Origin: Vicugna vicugna
Taxonomy: Eukaryota
NCBI GenBank assembly: GCA_013265495.1
Contig: MU058213.1
Location: forward strand, 5,849,149-5,913,148
Reading direction: 5' to 3'
DNA length: 64,000 nucleotides
Numbering within the stretch: the first letter of the stretch is position 1; each line of letters begins with the position of its first letter. The translations under genes were made by a program, and so were the position numbers. A model generated the notes under the pieces. It was given only the letters and a program-made list of their open reading frames with translations, had not been told where the DNA came from and did not search any database. Shown here one piece after another: positions 59,785 to 64,000 of the stretch.

Positions 59785-62700
59785 TTTTCTTTTTTTAATT
59801 GAATAAATTTAACATGCAACATTGTGTTAAGTTTAAGGTGTACAGCATGTTACTTTGATACATTTATATGTTATGATTGCTAATGTAGTAAAATTTATCA
59901 TATATAATTATAGTGCAATATTATTGTCTGTATTCATTACAGTGTGCATTATTAGATCTCTATGGCTTACTTACAGCTTGTTACAAGTTTGTACCCTTAA
60001 ATATCATCACTCTTATCCCCCCCTTCCATCACCATCCCCTAGTAACCACCATTTTACTGTGTTTTTACAGTTTTAACTTTTTTAGATTCCACATATAAGT
60101 GATATCATACAGTTCTTGTCTTTCTCTGTCTGACAGCATAATCTGTTCACGGTCCATCCATGTTATTAAAAATGGGTGGATATCTTCCTTTATCATGGCT
60201 GAATTATATTCCATTGTGTATATGTACCATATCTTTTTTATCTGTTGGTCTATAGTTTTCATTTCTTGTGGTTTCTTTTTTTTTTCAATTTTATTTTATT
60301 GAGTTATAACTCAGTTTACAATGTTGTGTCTATTTCCAGTGTAGAGCACAATTTTTCAGCTATACATGAACATACATATATTCATTATCACATTCTTTTT
60401 CACCGTGAGCTACCACAGATCTTGTATGTATTTCCCTGTGCTATACAGTATAATCTTGTTTATCTATTCTTTATATGCCTGTCAATATATACAAATTTTG
60501 AACTCCCAGTCTGTCCCTTCCTACTCCCCTTCCTCCTCTTGTGGTTTCTTTATCTAGTTTGGTATCCAGGTAATACTGGCCTCATAGAATGAATTTAGAA
60601 ATGTTCCCTCCTCCTTGATATTTTGAAAGAGTCTGAGGATTAGTGTTAACTCTTTAAATGTTTGGTAGAATCCTCCAGTGAAACTGTCTACTCCTGTGTT
60701 TTCTGTGTTGGGAGTTTCTGATGACTAATTCAATCTCTTTACTCATTTTTGATCTGTTCAGATTTTCTGTTTCTTCCTGATTCTGTCTTGGTAGGTTGTG
60801 TGTTTTTAGAAATGTATCCATTTCTCCTAGATTATATAATTTGTTGGTACATAATTGTTCATAGTAGTATCAAACGATTCTATGTATTTCTGTAATATCA
60901 GCAGTTATAATATCTTCTTTCATTTCTAATTTTGAGTCATCTGTCTTTCTCCTTAGTCTAGCTAAAGGTTCATTAATTTTGTTTATCTTTTCAAAGAACC
61001 AGCTCTTAGTTTTGTTGATATTTTCTACTGGTTTTATGGTCTCTATTTCATTTATTTCTTCTCTGACCCTTATAATTTCCTTCCTTTTACTGACTTTGAG
61101 CTTAATTTATTTAAGACAAGACTTTTTCTAGTTCCTTGAGGTATAGTTAGGTAGTTTGAGATATTTCTTATTTCTTATAAATGTATCTGTAGCTATAAAC
61201 TTTCCTCTCAGAACTGCTTTAGCTGTATCCCATGATATTTGTTATGTTGTGTTTTCATTTTCATTTGTTGAGTTAATTTTCAATTTCCTTTTTGATTTCT
61301 TCTTTGATTCAATGGTTGTTTAGAAGTGTGTTTAGTTTTCACTTATTTGTGCATCTTCTCACTTTTCTCTTATTGTTGATTTCTACTTTCATATCATTGT
61401 AGTCAGAGAAGAAGTTGGTGTCTTCTTCAGTTTGCTAAGATTTGTTTTATGGCCAATCATATGATCTGTCCTGGAGAATATGGAGTGCACTGAAGAAGAA
61501 TGTATTCTGCTGCTGTTGGATGGAATGTTCTGTAAAGTCCATTTGTCTTAAGATGGTTCAATTCCACTGTTACCTTGTTTATTTTTTTTCTTGATATCTA
61601 TCTCTTGCTGATAGGAGGGTATTGAATTCTGCTACAATTATTGTATTGTCTATTTCTCCTTTAAGATCTGTTAATAATTGCCTAATGTATTTTGGTGTTA
61701 TGATCTTTGGGAGTATATATTTACAATTGTTATATCTCCTTGATGTATTGATCCCTTTATCATTATTTGATTACTTTCTTTTTCTTTCATTACCCTTTTT
61801 GACTTGAAGTCTATTTTGTCTGATTACAAATACAGCTACACCTGCCTTCTTTTCACTTCCATTTGCTTGAAATATCATCTTCCGCCTTTTCACTTTGACC
61901 CTATGTGTGTCTTTAGAGCTGAAACAAGTCTCCTGTGGGCAGCGTATAGTTGGATCTTGTTTTTTTAATCCATCTAGTCACGCTGTGGCTTTTAATTGGT
62001 GACTTCAATCCAGTTACATTTAGGATGATTATTGATATGTTAAGGATTTACTACTGCCATTTTCTCTTTTGCCTTCTGGTTATTTTGTCTCTCCATTATT
62101 TTTTCCTTCTATTTCCATCTACCTTTGTAACTTGGTGGTTTACCATGACAATTTGCTCAGTCTCCCCTTTTTTATGTTTTATATCTCTGGACTTCTGCTT
62201 TGTGGCTGCAATGAAGTTTACATAAAACATCTCATAGATAAAATTGTCCTTTTTCTGCTGATAGCAATTTATCTTCATTTGCCTATAAAGCTTTCATCCT
62301 TTTACTCTGCTCCTTTAATATTTCTGATGTCACAAAGTATCTTTTTGTCTAATGCAGTCTAATGCATCATTCATTTCATTTATTGAGTCATTCACCTCTG
62401 GAATTTGTTTGATTCTTTTTTAGAATTTCAATCTCTTTGGTAAAATATACTTTCTGTTCATTAATTTATTCCACAGACCATTATATTGCCTTTCTGAGTT
62501 TTCTTGTGCCTTGTTAAATTTCTTTATAACAGTAATTGTAAATTCTTTATCAGTTAGATCACAGTATCTCATCATATTTGGATTGGGTTGCTGGAAATTT
62601 TTCATTTTCTTTTTGTGATACCATATTACCATGGTTTTTCATGCTGTTTGATGAGAAATGCCTCTGCTGCTGTATTTGAAGTAGTGAACACTTTGCTTAT

Positions 62701-62800
62701 TTAGACAAGGTTTTGTTTACTTTAATTCTAATAGTTCAACAGATTGGTAGTTAGGAGCCTTCCTTTTGTTTTTCCAGAAGGTGGTACTACAGCACATTTT
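59785..62800 (-). mobile_element. Older L1 (ORF1 remnant, EN part of ORF2, 3' UTR) with a large internal deletion and a nested L1
   Basis: ORF 62420..62632 (DLTDKEFTITVIKKFN) is ORF1-like. EN-region motifs at 60550-62050, 3' UTR at 59785-60250. Confidence 0.85.
60279..60536 (-). mobile_element. Nested young L1 3' end (same type as 17363-18090)
   Basis: Perfect 15-bp TSD tcttgtggtttcttt at 60264-60278 and 60537-60551. Confidence 0.9.
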
Positions 62801-62862
62801 TATTTCTCTTACTGGAACTGACTTACCACTAAGGTTGTGAACATGCATATAAAAACTAAATA

Positions 62863-62960
62863 GGGGGGTGGGTATAGCTCAGTGGTAGAGCATGTGCTTG
62901 GAGTGCATAAAGTCCTAGATTCAATCTCCAGTGCTTCCGTTGAGGGGAGGGGATAAAAAA
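62863..62960 (+). mobile_element. tRNA-derived camelid (Vic-1-type) SINE
   Basis: ggggggtgggtatagctcagtggtagagcatgtgctt...gattcaatctccagt (A and B boxes). TSD taaatagggggg at 62857-62868 and 62961-62972. Confidence 0.85.
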
Positions 62961-62966
62961 TAAATA

Positions 62967-64000
62967 GGGGGGATCATATAAAGATGGAGTAAGATGTAGA
63001 GTTCACCTCCCCCCACAAATACATCAAAATTACATCTACATGTGAAACAGTTCTCACAAAACTGGAAACTGGCAGAACAACTCCTATACAGCCAAAGCTA
63101 CAAGAAAGATTTCCATGTAACCAAATACGACAGAAAAAAAAAGACATAAAGTTGGGGCCTTTGTCCCTGGGAGGGATCTGAAAGGAAGAGAAGTTCTACA
63201 TGGGCAGACCCTTGCACGGGGGAGTGAGAGAATCAAGCCACAGACCAGGCATCCCAGTCCTGGGGTCTTAGAGGAGACAAGCCCCTTTTGCTGCTGGAAG
63301 AATTGCTGGGACAGATAGAAGGGCTGGAGAACCCTAGACTCTACTCTCTAAGAATGTGTGGGTGTTGGCTTGTCAAGGATCAGGGCGAAGGAAGCTCTGC
63401 ACTGGCAGCTGCCGCCTTAGTGCACTCCTCAATCCAAGTAGGGCAAACACTCCAGCCCCAGTCAGTCCACACCACAGTTTGGTGCTTGATCTGGGACAGA
63501 CAGGCCCTGGGAGAAGGTGATCTGGGTATGTAGATCAGGGGCCTGGAGTATGGTCCAAGTGGAGCGACAGCAGCTACTGATAGCACTTACTTGGGTGGCA
63601 CCACAGGAGGCGCTGTGACCAGCAAACCTTAGTCCATCTTTCAGCCCAGTGAGCACTGTGGCCCCAGCCACTGCACACCACAGCCTGGCACTGGACATGG
63701 GGCAGACAAGTCTTGGGAGAAGACTGTCATAGAGGCAGCCCAGCTCTCTGGCAACAACACAGCCACCTCAATTCTATACCTTTGGGGCAAGGCAACAGTC
63801 AACTGAATGGAGTCTGACTGATCCCTGTCTGCAGGGTATCTGCGCCAGCAACTGATTGGGCAGCAACAGCTACAAGCAAAGAAGTTCCTCCTCATGCCCT
63901 GCACAGGTTTTAGATCCTCTAACACCAGCCACATCCTCTATTAATGTGATAGCAGCCAGCACAGTGAGGAAAGATATGGCTGGTATCCTTATCAAAACCA
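62967..64000 (+). mobile_element. L1 5' UTR (cetartiodactyl type), running off the end of the window
   Basis: gggggg...aagatggagtaagatgtagagttcacctccccccacaaatacatc...acatctacatgtgaaaca...ctggcagaa matches the recalled L1 5' end. GC-rich and CpG-decayed. Confidence 0.75.

Noticed and set aside
62869..62940. tRNA gene (A and B boxes)
   Set aside because: The TSD, A-rich tail and a second copy at 49238-49367 show that it is a SINE.
63288..63934. GC-rich overlapping ORFs suggesting a new gene or CpG island
   Set aside because: They lie inside a CpG-depleted L1 5' UTR and give no recognisable protein.
1..64000. CRISPR array, operon or prokaryotic-type defence system
   Set aside because: The sequence is mammalian intron/exon DNA with no regularly spaced repeat-spacer structure and no compact gene clusters.

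Overview
Mammalian, AT-rich, repeat-dense genomic DNA. It is probably from a camelid, inferred from two Vic-1-type tRNA-derived SINEs and lineage-type L1 3' ends. The window holds the 3' part of MINDY2 (FAM63B, a K48-polyubiquitin deubiquitinase) on the + strand. Eight GT-AG coding exons (equivalent to exons 2-9) join into one open frame of 1032 nt (343 aa + stop). They include the catalytic His (RNNHF), two MIU motifs and a C-terminal CAAX box (CIIL). A 3' UTR of about 6.3 kb follows. Exon 1, with the catalytic Cys, lies upstream of the window. Introns and the 3' flank are filled with L1, L2, MIR, hAT/Tigger DNA elements, LTRs and a U6/L1 chimeric retrocopy. Almost all other ORFs in the track are L1 debris or chance. 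I found no new gene system. The best leads are a possible intronic-polyadenylation isoform that swaps the CAAX for an L1-encoded hydrophobic tail, a frameshifting tandem donor, an in-frame alternative last-exon acceptor, a candidate retroposed H/ACA snoRNA fragment, an ancient non-L1 RT relic and inverted L1 pairs. Repeat family names and comparisons to human come from recall, not from a search. Repeat boundaries without TSDs are approximate.
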